Positions 18,936-30,441 are shown, counted from the first letter of the stretch. The stretch: DNA of 64,000 bases from Polyangiaceae bacterium (GCA_044376115.1 JBILLK010000011.1:224001-288000); one strand, 5' to 3'. Notes: generated by a model not told the origin, from the sequence alone. Translations and numbers: made by a program.

Positions 18936-20624
18936 ATGACGTTCACAGATGCAGCTGTCGAGGTTTTGCGACAGGTAGGAAAGCCTCTCCACTACAAAGA
19001 GATCACCGACTTCGCCATTGAGCGGAACCTGCTTTCGGTGGTCGGAAAAAGTCCCGACGTAACCATGGGCGCGCGGCTCGCGGCGCTGATGAAGAAAGAG
19101 ACGCCGGACTGCCCGCTGGTTCGCGTTAAGCAGGGCGTCTACGCGCTGCGAGATTGGGACGAGAAGACGATTCGTGGTGAGGCCAAGAAGGCCAAGAAGG
19201 CACGCACCGACGCCGAGGAGCCCAGCGACGCTCCGGAAGACCTGGTTGCCGATGGCGCGGAGACCCCCGACGACGAGCCCGCTCCCGACTCAGCGCCGGC
19301 AGACGTCGTCACCACCGTGTCCGAGGACGATGACGACGAGGTGCTGATCCCGGTCGCACGGCCCGCCGCTGAGCCGTCGCAGAAGCGCGCCGTCGCTGCG
19401 CCCGCGCGGACGTCCAGCGATGAGGACGAGCCCCTCGTCGACGGTCCCGATGAGCGTTTTCGTCGAGAGATCCTCGCGAGCGCCGCTGACATGTTCGAGG
19501 AAGAGGACGACGACGACCAGCCCATCCTCGGTGGCAACGACGAACGTCCCGCGGAGGGCGCTGATTCGGCAGAAGGCCGTCGTCGCCGTCGCCGCCGTCG
19601 TCGCGGTCGGGGCGCAGCCGGAGACAACGGCGGGCTGCCCTCCTACACGGCGACCCCGGTTGACGCTGTGGCGGCTCCTCGGGTGGAGACCAACCACCGC
19701 GAGAACAACCGCGATCGCGACCGTGACCGTGACCGTGACCGTGACAGCCGCAACGAAGCGCGCGTCAACGAAGCGCCGCGGGTGGACCACCTGGCCGAGG
19801 GCGCTCCCGCCATCGACGACTTGGGCGGCAAGGATTTCGCCGACGCGATCGCGCAGATCCTCAACACCTTCGATCGCAATCTGGGACCGGTATCGTTGCG
19901 CCAGATCACTGAAACCGCGCAGCGTCGCGGCAAGGTGCTGGGCGATACGCAGCAGGTTCAGTCCATGGTCGCCGCCGCGGTTCGCGCGGACAATCACCGC
20001 CGAATTGCTGCAGGAAATCGGCCTCGCTTCCGCTTCACCGGCGGTCGGGTCGGCCTTACCGATTGGTCGCTCGCTCCCGAGCTACTGAACGCTGAAGCGG
20101 ACGCGATCGCTGCAATCGAGCGCTATCGCGAGGCCTCACGCCGGGCGTTTGCTCGGAAGATCGCTGAGCTGCCCGGGCACGCGTTCGTCGAGTTGTGCAT
20201 GATGGTTCTCGAGCGCGCTGGCGCATCGCAGATCCGCGCTGTTCGTCGCGCTGGGACTCCCGGCTTCGAGGCGCACTTTGCGGCCGTCCTCAAGACGCCC
20301 GCCGAAGACGTACGCTTGGCGGTGATCATTCGTCGTGACGGTCGCGAAGTCGGGCGGGAGCGCGTGACCGATCTACGCGGAGCTCTCCACCACTACGGTA
20401 ACGGGGCGGGAAGCGCGGCGACGATGGGTTGGCTGTTCACGAGTGGTCAGGTTCTCTCGGGCGCCCGGGAAGAGGCCGCCATGCCGAACGCCTCGCCGAT
20501 CAGCCTGACCGACGGTTTCGGGCTCGCAAAGCTTTGCGAAGAACTCGAGATCGCTGTGGTCAAGGCGCGTATGCCCATCGCCATTCCCGATATCGACCTG
20601 CTTGAGGCTCTGCGTGCCTCTTGA
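18936..20624 (+). CDS. HARE-HTH (winged helix) protein with charged disordered region and degenerate Mrr-like C-terminal domain
   Basis: MTFTDAAVEVLRQVGKPLHYKEIT...GVYAL N-terminus; C-terminal FVELC...VGRERVTDLRGALHHY...LTDGFGLAKL follows the Mrr_cat pattern. Confidence 0.7.
   Translation: MTFTDAAVEVLRQVGKPLHYKEITDFAIERNLLSVVGKSPDVTMGARLAALMKKETPDCPLVRVKQGVYALRDWDEKTIRGEAKKAKKARTDAEEPSDAPEDLVADGAETPDDEPAPDSAPADVVTTVSEDDDDEVLIPVARPAAEPSQKRAVAAPARTSSDEDEPLVDGPDERFRREILASAADMFEEEDDDDQPILGGNDERPAEGADSAEGRRRRRRRRRGRGAAGDNGGLPSYTATPVDAVAAPRVETNHRENNRDRDRDRDRDRDSRNEARVNEAPRVDHLAEGAPAIDDLGGKDFADAIAQILNTFDRNLGPVSLRQITETAQRRGKVLGDTQQVQSMVAAAVRADNHRRIAAGNRPRFRFTGGRVGLTDWSLAPELLNAEADAIAAIERYREASRRAFARKIAELPGHAFVELCMMVLERAGASQIRAVRRAGTPGFEAHFAAVLKTPAEDVRLAVIIRRDGREVGRERVTDLRGALHHYGNGAGSAATMGWLFTSGQVLSGAREEAAMPNASPISLTDGFGLAKLCEELEIAVVKARMPIAIPDIDLLEALRAS
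19710..19745 (+). repeat. In-frame hexamer repeat (CGYGAY)x6 encoding (RD)6
   Basis: cgcgat cgcgac cgtgac cgtgac cgtgac cgtgac. Confidence 0.9.
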
Positions 20625-21576
20625 GCAACGGCCCACCTTCTGGCGGGCTGCTGCTGCGCTGATCGCTGGTGTTGCCCTCGCGGGCTGCACCAGCGCTCCG
20701 CCGCGCTCTCAGTTTCCGGACGCCGATGCGGCGCTCGAGCGACTGCACGCAGGCTTCGCCTGCGTGGTCGGTGTGCAGGGCACATCGAAGGTGGACTTGG
20801 TCACGCAGCGCGGGAGGGTCAAAGGGGAAGTCCTCTTGTTCGCGGTCAACCCTTCGAGTGTTCGCTTCGACGTCGTAAGCCCGTTTGGGGCGATGATTTA
20901 TACGCTCACCGCGGATGGCAAAGACTACAAGCTGGCCGATCTCGAGCAGAAGACGTTCTTCTATGGGCCTGCAGACACTTGCAACCTGCAACGCTTCACT
21001 CAGGTCCCAGTGCCCCCCCACGCGCTCGTCTCGTTGTTGCGGGGAGAGGCGCCGGTGCTCACCCACACCAAGGAGGACGCGAGTCTTTCGTGGGAGAGCG
21101 ACGGCTACTACAAGCTCGTGATCCAGTCGAAACACCAGGCCACAGAGGAGATTCATCTCACGGTAGTGCCCGAGGATTTCGACAAAGAGTGGAGTCAACA
21201 ACGCGTGCGGTTGACCTACCTCAAGGTTTCGCAAGCCGGGGTGGGCCTTTACGAGGCCCGCATCAAAGACCACGAGAAGGCCGTCACCGCCAACCCTCGT
21301 GTCGACGAAGAAGGTCTCGAGCCCGACGTTCCGCCGAGCGGACCTGCGTGTTCGGCTGAGCTTCCGCGTACCATTCGCCTACTCGTGCCCGAGACCGAAG
21401 ACGACGTCATCTTCGAGTACAAGGACGCCAAGTGGAATCCACCCTTGATCGATGGCACCTTCACTCAGCCCGTCCCCGGCGGAATGCGGCAGCAGTACAC
21501 CTCCTGCGATGGCGAGATTCCGCCTGCGGCGAAGGCTCCAGAAGCGCCGCCTCCCGCCGAAACCCTCGCTGACTGA
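20614..21576 (+). CDS. Lipoprotein, DUF4292/LolB-like fold
   Basis: Lipobox LAGC; VRFDVVSPFG motif; start approximate. Confidence 0.6.
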   Translation: MPLEQRPTFWRAAAALIAGVALAGCTSAPPRSQFPDADAALERLHAGFACVVGVQGTSKVDLVTQRGRVKGEVLLFAVNPSSVRFDVVSPFGAMIYTLTADGKDYKLADLEQKTFFYGPADTCNLQRFTQVPVPPHALVSLLRGEAPVLTHTKEDASLSWESDGYYKLVIQSKHQATEEIHLTVVPEDFDKEWSQQRVRLTYLKVSQAGVGLYEARIKDHEKAVTANPRVDEEGLEPDVPPSGPACSAELPRTIRLLVPETEDDVIFEYKDAKWNPPLIDGTFTQPVPGGMRQQYTSCDGEIPPAAKAPEAPPPAETLAD

Positions 21577-21601
21577 AGGACGCGTCCGCTGGACGAGTCC
21601 T

Positions 21602-22585
21602 TCACGCGCTTTCGGGGCCTGGTTCCTGCGCGAGCAACGCGGCTACTTCGGAGAGCACGCGTCTTGCGTTGTCCAGGTCCCGTGCCACAAAGTTGATCGC
21701 GCCCACCGCTCGATGTCCGCCACCACCGTAACGTCGACACAGCGCGCCGATATCGTGTTTGCGCGGCATCTCCGCAAACGGGTTGTGCCCAATTCCGAGC
21801 TTGAGCTGCTCTTGCGTACGCAGCAGCGTTGCTGAGTAGCGGCAGCGCGGGAACGCAAGGTAGGTCGCAAACTTGCCGGCGACGCTCACTCCTTTGGCCG
21901 TGGTGAGGTCAACCACGGCGACCTCGCCTCTGAGCTGACCCGTCGCTTTGATTGCCGCGAGGAAGCGGGTCTTGTTGAGCGCAATGGCGTTGGCCTTGTC
22001 GACGATCTCGGGCAGCTTGGCGATCTCAACCAACGAGCGTTCAATCAACAGCGGGCACATCCGCGCGACAAAGGAGGTATCGGCGTGACGCTCTGCTACG
22101 TCGGCCAGCTGCAAACCAGGGGAGCGCGCAAAAAACGGCTCTTCAGCGTTGGCAAAGCTGGCTGAATCGACTTGATCGGCGAGCGTGATCAACTCCTCGT
22201 GCACGATCTCGAGGCCGTGCTGGCGAGCCGCGCGAACGATCAGTCCGGCGCAGCTTTTAGCCTCCGGATCGAAGTGAACCACCCGCTGGCCGGAGGCCGC
22301 TGATTCAAGCGCTGCTGCCTGCTCCGCTGCGTCGCGAAAGGCCGTTGCGTGGTGGTCGATGTAGTGGGTCAGCTTCGGGTGATCGGCGAAGCGGAAATCG
22401 AGCAAGGCGTTGACGTCGGCGTCGAACCACGCGCTCGGTAGGGTCTTGAGCTTTGGACTGTAGCCGCAGGTTCGGTATCGTCTGTTCGAGCGTTCTCCGG
22501 ACAAATCGAGCCAAATCGTAAAAAGGCTGGCGCTGATGAGGCCGTCGAGACAATAGCCGTGCGTAAGGATGTTGCTGGACTTCAC
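21602..22585 (-). CDS. DHH-family phosphoesterase
   Basis: THGYCLDG, YIDHH, C-terminal GGGH (DHHA1); start approximate. Confidence 0.78.
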   Translation of the reverse strand: MKSSNILTHGYCLDGLISASLFTIWLDLSGERSNRRYRTCGYSPKLKTLPSAWFDADVNALLDFRFADHPKLTHYIDHHATAFRDAAEQAAALESAASGQRVVHFDPEAKSCAGLIVRAARQHGLEIVHEELITLADQVDSASFANAEEPFFARSPGLQLADVAERHADTSFVARMCPLLIERSLVEIAKLPEIVDKANAIALNKTRFLAAIKATGQLRGEVAVVDLTTAKGVSVAGKFATYLAFPRCRYSATLLRTQEQLKLGIGHNPFAEMPRKHDIGALCRRYGGGGHRAVGAINFVARDLDNARRVLSEVAALLAQEPGPESA

Positions 22586-23300
22586 GAGACCCCGCCGAAC
22601 AAGCGCCCTTAGCACCGACATAGGTCGCTGGCTGCTTGCTTTCGTCGCGGGCTGTGCGCCCGAGGCTGCAGTTGCGCCCGTTTGGAGCGGCTATGCACCC
22701 GCGAAGGTCGTGTCGGAACCGTCCGCTCGCTTCAAGTCGGAGCTCCCCGCACGGCCGCGCCTCGAGAGCGTGGATGAAGGGGCTGCACCCGCGCTGCTTG
22801 CAGATTTGGAGCGCCCTCCCGTTGAGCTTGCTCCCATCGTATTGCCGGATTGTGCACCCGAACGAGCGGGCGATCTATGCACCCAGGGCCTTTCCCTAAC
22901 GACGGTCGCCTTGCTCAATACCTCTCGTTTGGAGGCTCGCGGCCACACCTTTCCCGGTGCCCTCTATCAGCGCGAGATGCTCGAAGGGGAGCGCGCTGAG
23001 CTGTCGTTGCGGGGCGAGGACGTGTGCCGAACGGTGATTGCCCACGCGGGTGGAGCGGTAATGGAAGTCGACGTGTTTCTGTCGGCGATGAAGGACGGAG
23101 AGCGCGTCCTGTTCGGTAAAGACCAGTGGAAGGGGCCGTCGGCGTTGGTCGGAGGGCGCGCAGGCTGTTTATCCGCCCCCGTAAACTCAACCGAGTTGCA
23201 GGCCATCGTGCGTGTGCGGAAGGGCCACGGGCTCGTGGTGTTGGGCGTTTACGAGCAGCGCACCAAGGCACCGGCGGATACGCTCAGCCCGGCGCCTTGA
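22569..23300 (+). CDS. Hypothetical lipoprotein
   Basis: LLAFVAGC lipobox; C-terminal beta-rich domain; start uncertain because it overlaps the divergent gene. Confidence 0.55.
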   Translation: MLLDFTRPRRTSALSTDIGRWLLAFVAGCAPEAAVAPVWSGYAPAKVVSEPSARFKSELPARPRLESVDEGAAPALLADLERPPVELAPIVLPDCAPERAGDLCTQGLSLTTVALLNTSRLEARGHTFPGALYQREMLEGERAELSLRGEDVCRTVIAHAGGAVMEVDVFLSAMKDGERVLFGKDQWKGPSALVGGRAGCLSAPVNSTELQAIVRVRKGHGLVVLGVYEQRTKAPADTLSPAP

Positions 23301-24333
23301 CGCTCGTTCGTTTCGAGGCGGAGGGCGATTTCGGGCTTGTAGCTGCAGCTTTCGGGCTCCGTGCAGGCTTGGTCGAGCGCGCAGGGTTGGGCTTGCCCAA
23401 GAGAGACGGCCTTAGCTCCTCGAGCTCTTCGAGCGACTTCGGCCAATCCTTACCGAGCAATCGCGACATCGAGCGGTCCGCTAACGGCTTGCCACCCGTT
23501 TGGCAGCCAGCGCAGTAGTTGGTCTCATTGTCGGCGTACACGATGCGAAGCACCAGCGCGCCACACGTGGGACATGGTTGCTTGTACTTACCGTGAACGC
23601 GCATCTCCTTGCGAAACGCCGTTACGTTCTCGGGGAAGCCGTCCTTGGCCTCGTTGCGCAACCGCTCGATCCACTCGTTCAGGATCGTCTGCGTGGCCAT
23701 GAATAACTGCTCCCACTCTGCCGCCGTCAGCTTGTTCGTTTGCTTGAGCGGGGACAACTTGGCGAGGTGGAGAATCTCATCGGAATAACCATTACCGATC
23801 CCACTCAAGATGGTTGGATCGGTGAGGGCCCGTTTCAGCGTGTGATTCTCTCGCGTAAGCACGCCTTTGAACTCGGCGGCGGTGCAGCTCAGTGGTTCGA
23901 GGCCGCCGCGGTTGAACGGCGCCAGCGGGTCGCTCCCGTCTGCGGTCCGTGTGGAAACGTAGTGCATCGACGCACGGCGTTTGGTTCCAGCCTCGGTCAA
24001 CAGCAGTGAGCCATTCGCAAAATCGAAAGCCGCAAGCCCCAACTTCTTGGGAATGGGTCCGCCCGCAGCGAGCAACTTGAAGCGACCCGCCACCATCAGG
24101 TGCACCACCAGCAGCGCGGCCTCAGGTTTTCCAGCGCCCTGCCCAAACGAGAACACCAAGCGCTTGCCCAGGCGCCGAACCCCAAGAAGCGGCCGGTCGA
24201 TCACATCCGAAATCGGGGGGATCGCCGTACGCAGCACGAAGGGACTTGCTAGCCGCAACTTCAGCAGTGTCTGACCGACGAACAAGCGCTCGATCTGCTC
24301 AACGTAGACGGCAATGTCAGGAAGCTCCGGCAC
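23284..24333 (-). CDS. Fpg/Nei-family DNA glycosylase/AP lyase
   Basis: N-terminal PELPD, RLGK, SGIGNGYSDEIL (H2TH), CPTC...YCAGCQ zinc finger. Confidence 0.93.
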   Translation of the reverse strand: MPELPDIAVYVEQIERLFVGQTLLKLRLASPFVLRTAIPPISDVIDRPLLGVRRLGKRLVFSFGQGAGKPEAALLVVHLMVAGRFKLLAAGGPIPKKLGLAAFDFANGSLLLTEAGTKRRASMHYVSTRTADGSDPLAPFNRGGLEPLSCTAAEFKGVLTRENHTLKRALTDPTILSGIGNGYSDEILHLAKLSPLKQTNKLTAAEWEQLFMATQTILNEWIERLRNEAKDGFPENVTAFRKEMRVHGKYKQPCPTCGALVLRIVYADNETNYCAGCQTGGKPLADRSMSRLLGKDWPKSLEELEELRPSLLGKPNPARSTKPARSPKAAATSPKSPSASKRTSVKAPG

Positions 24334-24437
24334 TTCCTGAGGGAATCACAGGGCGGCTCGTATCCGCAACAGCGCGCCCCCCGAGCCTTCGTTTAGGTCG
24401 CTACCAAGAGCGCACCTTTGTGTAAGTTCTCTCGAAC

Positions 24438-25957
24438 ATGGCCACGTGTCCGGATTGTCTCAAACACCTCGAAGATGGCACCGAAACGTGCCCCGACGAC
24501 GGAGCGACGCTGGTTCCTGATGCGGTCATGGCGGAGCACGCCAAGAACGAGATCGCTCCCGGGGCGATGGTGGGCGAGTACAGGATTGAAGCCAAGATTG
24601 GTGAAGGCGGTTTCGGGTCGGTTTATCGCGCAGTGCATCCGCTCATCGGTAAACCGGTGGCGATCAAGCTGCTTTCGCGCGCCTACTCGGATAACCCGCA
24701 GATCGTTTCGCGGTTCATTTCGGAGGCTCGGGCGGTCAACCAGATCCGTCATAAGAACATCGTCGACATCTTCTCCTTCGGAGCTCTCGCCGACGGTCGG
24801 CAGTACTTCGTAATGGAGCTGCTTCAGGGCAGCCCGCTCGACGGCTCGCTCGAACAACGTGGCCACCTCGAGGTCGGCGAGCTCATGCCGGTCTTGCGCG
24901 GAGTGCTCAAGGCGCTCATCGCGGCCCACACGGCCGGGCTCGTCCATCGCGACCTAAAGCCGGAGAACGTCTTTCTATGTGTCGATGACGAGGGCGTGGT
25001 GACGCCCAAGCTCATCGACTTTGGGATTGCCAAGTTGCTGGGGGACGAGAGCGTCGAGCACAAGACGCGTACGGGCACGCCGATGGGCACGCCGTATTAC
25101 ATGTCGCCCGAACAATGCCGGGGAAAGAACGTCGACCACCGCACGGATCTGTACGCCATTGGAGCGATGATCCACGTGCTCCTTACTGGGCAAAAGCCCT
25201 TCACCGGGGATTCGGCGATGGACCTGCTCTACAAGCAGATGGCCGAGGCTCCTCCCAAGCTGTCCGATCACCGCCAAGGCTTGCCTCAGGCTCTTGAAGA
25301 CATCGTGTGACGCCTGCTGGCGAAGAAGCCAGAGGATCGCCTCAAACCGCTGCAGAGACGCTCGCGCTGCTGGAAGCTGCGATAGGCTCTGAGCGCGGCG
25401 AACTCTCTCTCTCGGCTGGTCGCAATAGCTCTCATGTAGCGGGGATTGGCGCAGCCAAGACCGAGCTCGTCTCGCAACTCGCTCCAGCGGCTCCCGCGGC
25501 AACCAACGCTTCTCTTTCGTCCGTTGAAGTCGAGCGGTCGCCAACGCCAAGCCGCTCCACGAGTCCGCTACTGCTAATAGGCGTCGGAGCTGGGGCTGTC
25601 GTGGCGATTGCGGCGGCCGCGTTCTTTGTCGGTGGAGCAGGGAAGTCGTCGGTCGGCTCGGAATCGGCTGCGCCCGGTGCCGCTACTGCTCAATCCGCTA
25701 CGGCTCAATCTACGCCATCGCCTACGGCGGAGAAGAGCGTCGTGGTCACGCCAGCTGTGACCAACTCCGCCTCCGCCTCGACGTCTGCTGCTGTGGATCG
25801 CCCTAGCCCAACGCCGCTCGTGACAGCCAGCCCCACGGCTCGTCCCACCGCTGTGGTCACCCAGGCGCCGACCTCGCCCGACCCGGCCGCGACCGCGAAG
25901 CCCACGACTCCCAAACCTGTAGCGACGTTCAATCCCAACGAGGTGATCTTCGAATGA
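24438..25957 (+). pseudogene. Ser/Thr protein kinase, disrupted
   Basis: Complete kinase motifs; in-frame TGA at 25308-25310 followed by RLLAKKPEDR, then a 1-nt frameshift near 25340 into PQTAAETL and the TM/Pro-rich tail. Confidence 0.75.
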
Positions 25958-28583
25958 GGCATCCTCTTATTGTCACGCTTACGTTATCCTTCGCGGTCGG
26001 CTGCGAGAGCCTGCCCGAGTTGGCTCGTGACGTTTGCGGTAATCACGTCATCGAGAAGAATGAAGACTGCGATGGCGCAGGCATCGGCGAGAACACGTGC
26101 AACGAGAGTTGCCGGCTTACCTGCACCGCAGACCTCGAATGCCCGGAAGGCTGGGGCTGCGGCGTGGACGAGCTGTGTCGGCAGCCGAGCGGTTACGTCG
26201 AGTTCTTTGGCGGAGCGCTGGCGCTGCCAGCCGACTCCCTCTCGTTGGCTGACTTCGACGGGGACGGCCGTAGCGACGTGCTCGCCTCGCAGGACTCCAC
26301 ACTGACGCTCGCCTACGTGGATTCGGGCGGCCTGTTGCCGAACACCCGGAGTCTCTCGTTCGAGCCGATCGATGAATTCCCCGATCTCGCCGGTTTTGGC
26401 GACTTGAACGACGACGGTACGGCCGACTTGGCGGTCCGCGTGGGCGAAGGGGTCGGGGTTCTGCAGGGTTCGGCCGAGAAGTCGCTGCTCCCCTATCCGT
26501 TCTTGCGAGCCTTGCCAGAGGGCTATGAGTCGGGGGACCAGCTGCTCTTGGCCAACATTGATAAGCGCAGCGACGCTTTGGGAGACGAGCTACTCGCCAT
26601 TCGGTCCGATGGCCTTTATCTGCTTCAGACGCTGGCGGAGGACTTCCCGACGCTCCCCATCCGCCTGTTTGAGTGGAGCGGAAGTGCGGCCCCTTTCGTG
26701 ACCGTCGTACGCTCGGACGATACATTTCTACCGCAAGAAACATCCCTAGCAGGGGACGGGCTGCTCGTCGCTTTTCCAGGCGGGAACTTGGTCACCATGT
26801 TCGAGCCTTACGTCTTCGAGTACGACGTCATGACTAATCAGTCTACCATTTTCCCCAATTTTAGGGATACACCAGTAAGGCCCCCAAAGGTGGTGGCGCT
26901 GCCGGCTGGAGCTACTGTCAATGGCCCGGTGCTGACCGGTCACTTTAACTGGGACTTTGAGTATGGAGTTTTTGACCTCTTCATCCCGGGCGAGCTTGGC
27001 GGAGCGCCGGCGGAGTTTCTCAGCTTTGGCGCTGGTTTAGGCTTTAGCTCGACGCCGTATGAAAATAATACGGTGCTCGTTGATAACGCTGCTCGACGCT
27101 TCCTGCGCACAGTCGACGGTCAACCCCTCGAGTCGACCCCCTTCGCGATCGGTCAGTTTGACTTTGATACGATCAGCGACTTCGTCGACGCCGACGGCAT
27201 TGTCGCCTCGGGCTGCAATTTGCTGCTTGGGCCGTGCCGGATTGGCTACGCTCTCGGCCCTGATGACCCGCTGACGGCTGACTACTTTACTGTCGCGCTT
27301 CCGGAAGGCCTGGACGGCTGGACTGGGGCCTATGTGCTCGTGCGCGATACCTCCGTCCTTCAACGGTGCTCACCACCTCGCCCAAGTCTGGTTTTACCTT
27401 CTTCCGCCGAGGAGATGACGGCTTCGCTAAGTTCCAGTTCTCCACCGTCAGCCCGGTAACCAACGTGGACTTTGGCGACTTCAATGGGGACGGCGCGCGC
27501 GACTTGGTATTCGCGCAGGTCTCGACGCGGGCCACCCCCGAAGACCCTACGCTTCAATCATTGGCGATCTCTTACGGAGATGCGCTGGGTCTGCCTACCG
27601 CCCCGGTCGACTTGGGCGACGTCGGGACGGTGGAGCAAGTCGCGGCGGGCCGTCTCCCCGATCCAGGAGCGTTCCCCAACTCAGTAGACGACATTTTTGC
27701 GCGCACCGATGATCGCTACTACGTATTCCGCGGTAGCACCGACAAGACGGTTGTCTCGCCGCTCGAGCTGCCCCTCGTTTGCCCGGAAGAGAGCGCTCCT
27801 TTGGGTGCGGCGCGCGCATTAGCGATTGGCCACTTCGATGACCTCGAGGGAGCCGACATCGCAACCATCTACCAGGACATTAGCGAGCAAGGGGATTACC
27901 TGTGGGAACTCTGGTCCTACCAGCCCGTGTCCAATGACAGCGAGGAGATCTGCACTGTAAGCACCGGTCCAACGCTGATTGAAGATCCAGGCAGCGATGA
28001 GCTGCGCGTCCTCCCGTTGGATCTCGACGCGGATGGCTTCGACGAGCTGGTGATTCTGCCGGTCGGTGCCCCGCAGCTCTTCATCGCCCGTTGGGATGGT
28101 GGAGAGTGGCTTCTTGAAGTCGTGCCACTGGACGAGCCTGCGTATGGCATGGCGAAGCGCGATCTTGGCCTTCATCAAGCCCCGATCGAAGACCTTTTGG
28201 TTTGGTCGGAGGAATCGCTGAGCGTATTGATCAATGACGGCGTTGGCAGCTTCGCCGAGCCCCAGTCCGCGGTAATTGCCGGCTCCGATTGTTCGGTTCG
28301 CGCCAAGGGCGCAGTGGCTGGAGCGCCGAGTGGTGCAACGGCAATTCGGTTGAGCGGCGCTGTCGAACGGGACATCGTTGTAACAACGGCGGAAGACAGT
28401 CTGCTCGTTTCGGTCGACCCATTGACGGGTACGCCGTTCGTCGAGGCTTGTGTCACCGACGTGCTCGAGGGCGGAGGCACCGCCATCGGCGCCGGGGACT
28501 TCGATGGAGACGGTGTGGAGGATCTGGTCGTAGCTCGCCCAGGTGGAACGAGGCTCATTGCAGGGGTTCCGGTGGTCCGATGA
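25954..28583 (+). pseudogene. FG-GAP/VCBS repeat lipoprotein, frameshifted
   Basis: Lipobox AVGC, Cys-rich CGN domain, DFDGDGRSD-type repeats in both ORFs (25954-27459 and 27366-28583); frame change near 27330-27365. Confidence 0.72.
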
Positions 28584-29974
28584 ATATGCGCCAAAGTTCA
28601 TTCTTGCTCGCTGGTCTCCTGGTTGCGGCTTTGCCGATGTCACCTGCGGCGGCGCAGGGCCGCCCTGCGGCCCCGCCAGCCAAAGGCGCTCCTGCGGCGG
28701 GCACCGCGAAGCCCGCCCCAGCTCCGGCTCCAACTCCGGCTCCAACTCCAGCTCCAACCACTGCGCCCGCTGCTCCTACGCCGGTCGAGCCAGCTCCCGT
28801 CGTTGCGGCTCCTCAAGCGAAGCCCCCCGGCGACGCGCGCGCCCTCTTCGAGGCTGGGCAGAGCTCCTACAAGATTGGCGACTTCAAAGCGGCGATCCAG
28901 GCGTTCGAGCAGGCCTATGTGATTGACCCGCGGCCTGCCTTGTTATTCTCCATCGGGCAGGCTCACAGGCGGCAATATGCAATCGACAATCGCGCTGGCC
29001 ACGTCGCAGTCGCCATCAAGTCGTTCAAGGATTACCTCGCTAAGGTAGAATCAGGCGGACGTCGCGCAGACGCGGCGCTAGCGCTCAATGAGCTACAGCC
29101 TTTGGCGCTCACCCTGGAGATTGAAGGCAAGCTTCAGCCGCTCGAGCCCGAAGAGCCTGAGACGCGGCTGGTGATCTCTTCCCCGTCGCAAGGAGCCGAG
29201 GTCGTTCTCGATGGCGGCACCGAGCGGAAGAGCCTCCCGCTCGCTGTGGTGCTCACGCCGGGGAGGCACAGCATCGTCATCAGCTCACCTGGCTACGTGG
29301 AGGAGAAGCGCGAGATTGAGGTGGCACGGGGAGCCGTGACAGCGCTGGATTTTCCACTGGAGCCGCTCAAAGCAACCGTCGCAGTAGACGGCCCTTCGGG
29401 CGCCGAGGTTACGGTGGACGGCCGCTCCTTAGGCTCGCTGCCGCTCGCTGCCCCGTTGCAGCTGGAGGCCGGGCCGCGGAGAATTCGCGTAGCGCTATCC
29501 GGTCACGAGAGTTACCTCGAGACGTTGGAGCTCGGGCGCGGGGAGTCGGCGAGCATCTCGGCCGGGCTCGAGTGAACGGGGCAACGCAAGCTCGCCGTCG
29601 GACTCTTGATCGGTGGCGGAGCGCTTTTTGCGGGTGGTGCCGCAACCGGTGCCATCGCGATCGTCAACCACCTGGAGGCTTCATCCATTCGATCGGATAT
29701 GGACGCAGGCCAGGTCGTATGTCGAACGGGGAGCTGTGAACCGCTCACCGACTACAACGCTTCTCTCGCTACCCGCGATACGTTGACGGTCGCTTCGAGC
29801 GTGCTGTTCGGCGCCTCGGTGTTGAGCTTGGGTGGCGGTTTGCTGCTCTACTCCTTGGATGGCCCGTCCCCCGAGCGCCCAGCGCCACCCGGCGCGGCCC
29901 CTACACAGGCAGAACCTGTCTCGCTCGAGGTAAGCGCTGGGTTCGGCGGTGCTCGGCTAACCGCGAGCTTCTAG
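28580..29974 (+). pseudogene. TPR + PEGA domain protein interrupted by an in-frame stop
   Basis: Signal peptide, TPR, two PEGA domains; TGA at 29573-29575 is in frame with TGQRKLAVGLLIGG... running to 29974. Confidence 0.75.
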
Positions 29975-29997
29975 CCACCGCGATGGCCCGATGAGCG

Positions 29998-30033
29998 GAG
30001 TGCGGCAAGGCCCCTGGTACCCATGCCGCACTC
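29998..30033. terminator. Stem-loop between convergent genes
   Basis: GAGTGCGGCA ... TGCCGCACTC 10-bp inverted repeat; no U tract. Confidence 0.45.
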
Positions 30034-30057
30034 GTCCTGCTCCCAATCAAGCCCTGA

Positions 30058-30441
30058 CTATTTGAAGCCGAGGCACTCGTAAGCCGTCATTGCGTCGGTC
30101 AGGCAGGGCGTGTCGGTGTCACACTGTTCCACCGTTAACGTCCCGGCGGCTTCGATGCAGTCAAACAGGACGGTTAGGTCCGCAGTGCAATCCGCCAACG
30201 TAGGCGCTTCTTCAAAGGTCGTTGTGCACGCGTCGGCGTCGTCCCAGCAGGCGTCAATCGCGGCGCAATAGGCTGCGATGTCCTCGGAGGATACGGTGCT
30301 GGCGCCACCGGTGCCGCCCGACCCGCCAGCCCCAGAACCCCCAGACCCGCCGGACCCGGCCGTCCCACCGGAACCTCCGCTATCGCCGCAACCAACCAGT
30401 AGCCCCGTAAGCGAAACAATGAAAATTGCGAATGAGCGCAT
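30058..30441 (-). CDS. Small Cys-rich lipoprotein
   Basis: LLVGC lipobox, Gly/Ser linker, Cys-rich domain. Confidence 0.8.
   Translation of the reverse strand: MRSFAIFIVSLTGLLVGCGDSGGSGGTAGSGGSGGSGAGGSGGTGGASTVSSEDIAAYCAAIDACWDDADACTTTFEEAPTLADCTADLTVLFDCIEAAGTLTVEQCDTDTPCLTDAMTAYECLGFK

Noticed and set aside
18936..20624. Active Mrr-type restriction or defence system
   Set aside because: Catalytic residues are not evident, and there is no methyltransferase or defence-island context
28715..28765. Short tandem repeats encoding PAPAPTPAPT, and the similar PAAP tail at 3005-3140
   Set aside because: Ordinary Pro/Ala linkers, common in these genomes
25308..29575. TGA recoding (Trp or Sec) to explain the two in-frame stops
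   Set aside because: Intact genes such as alaS and the SDR end in TGA, and the same operon also has frameshifts
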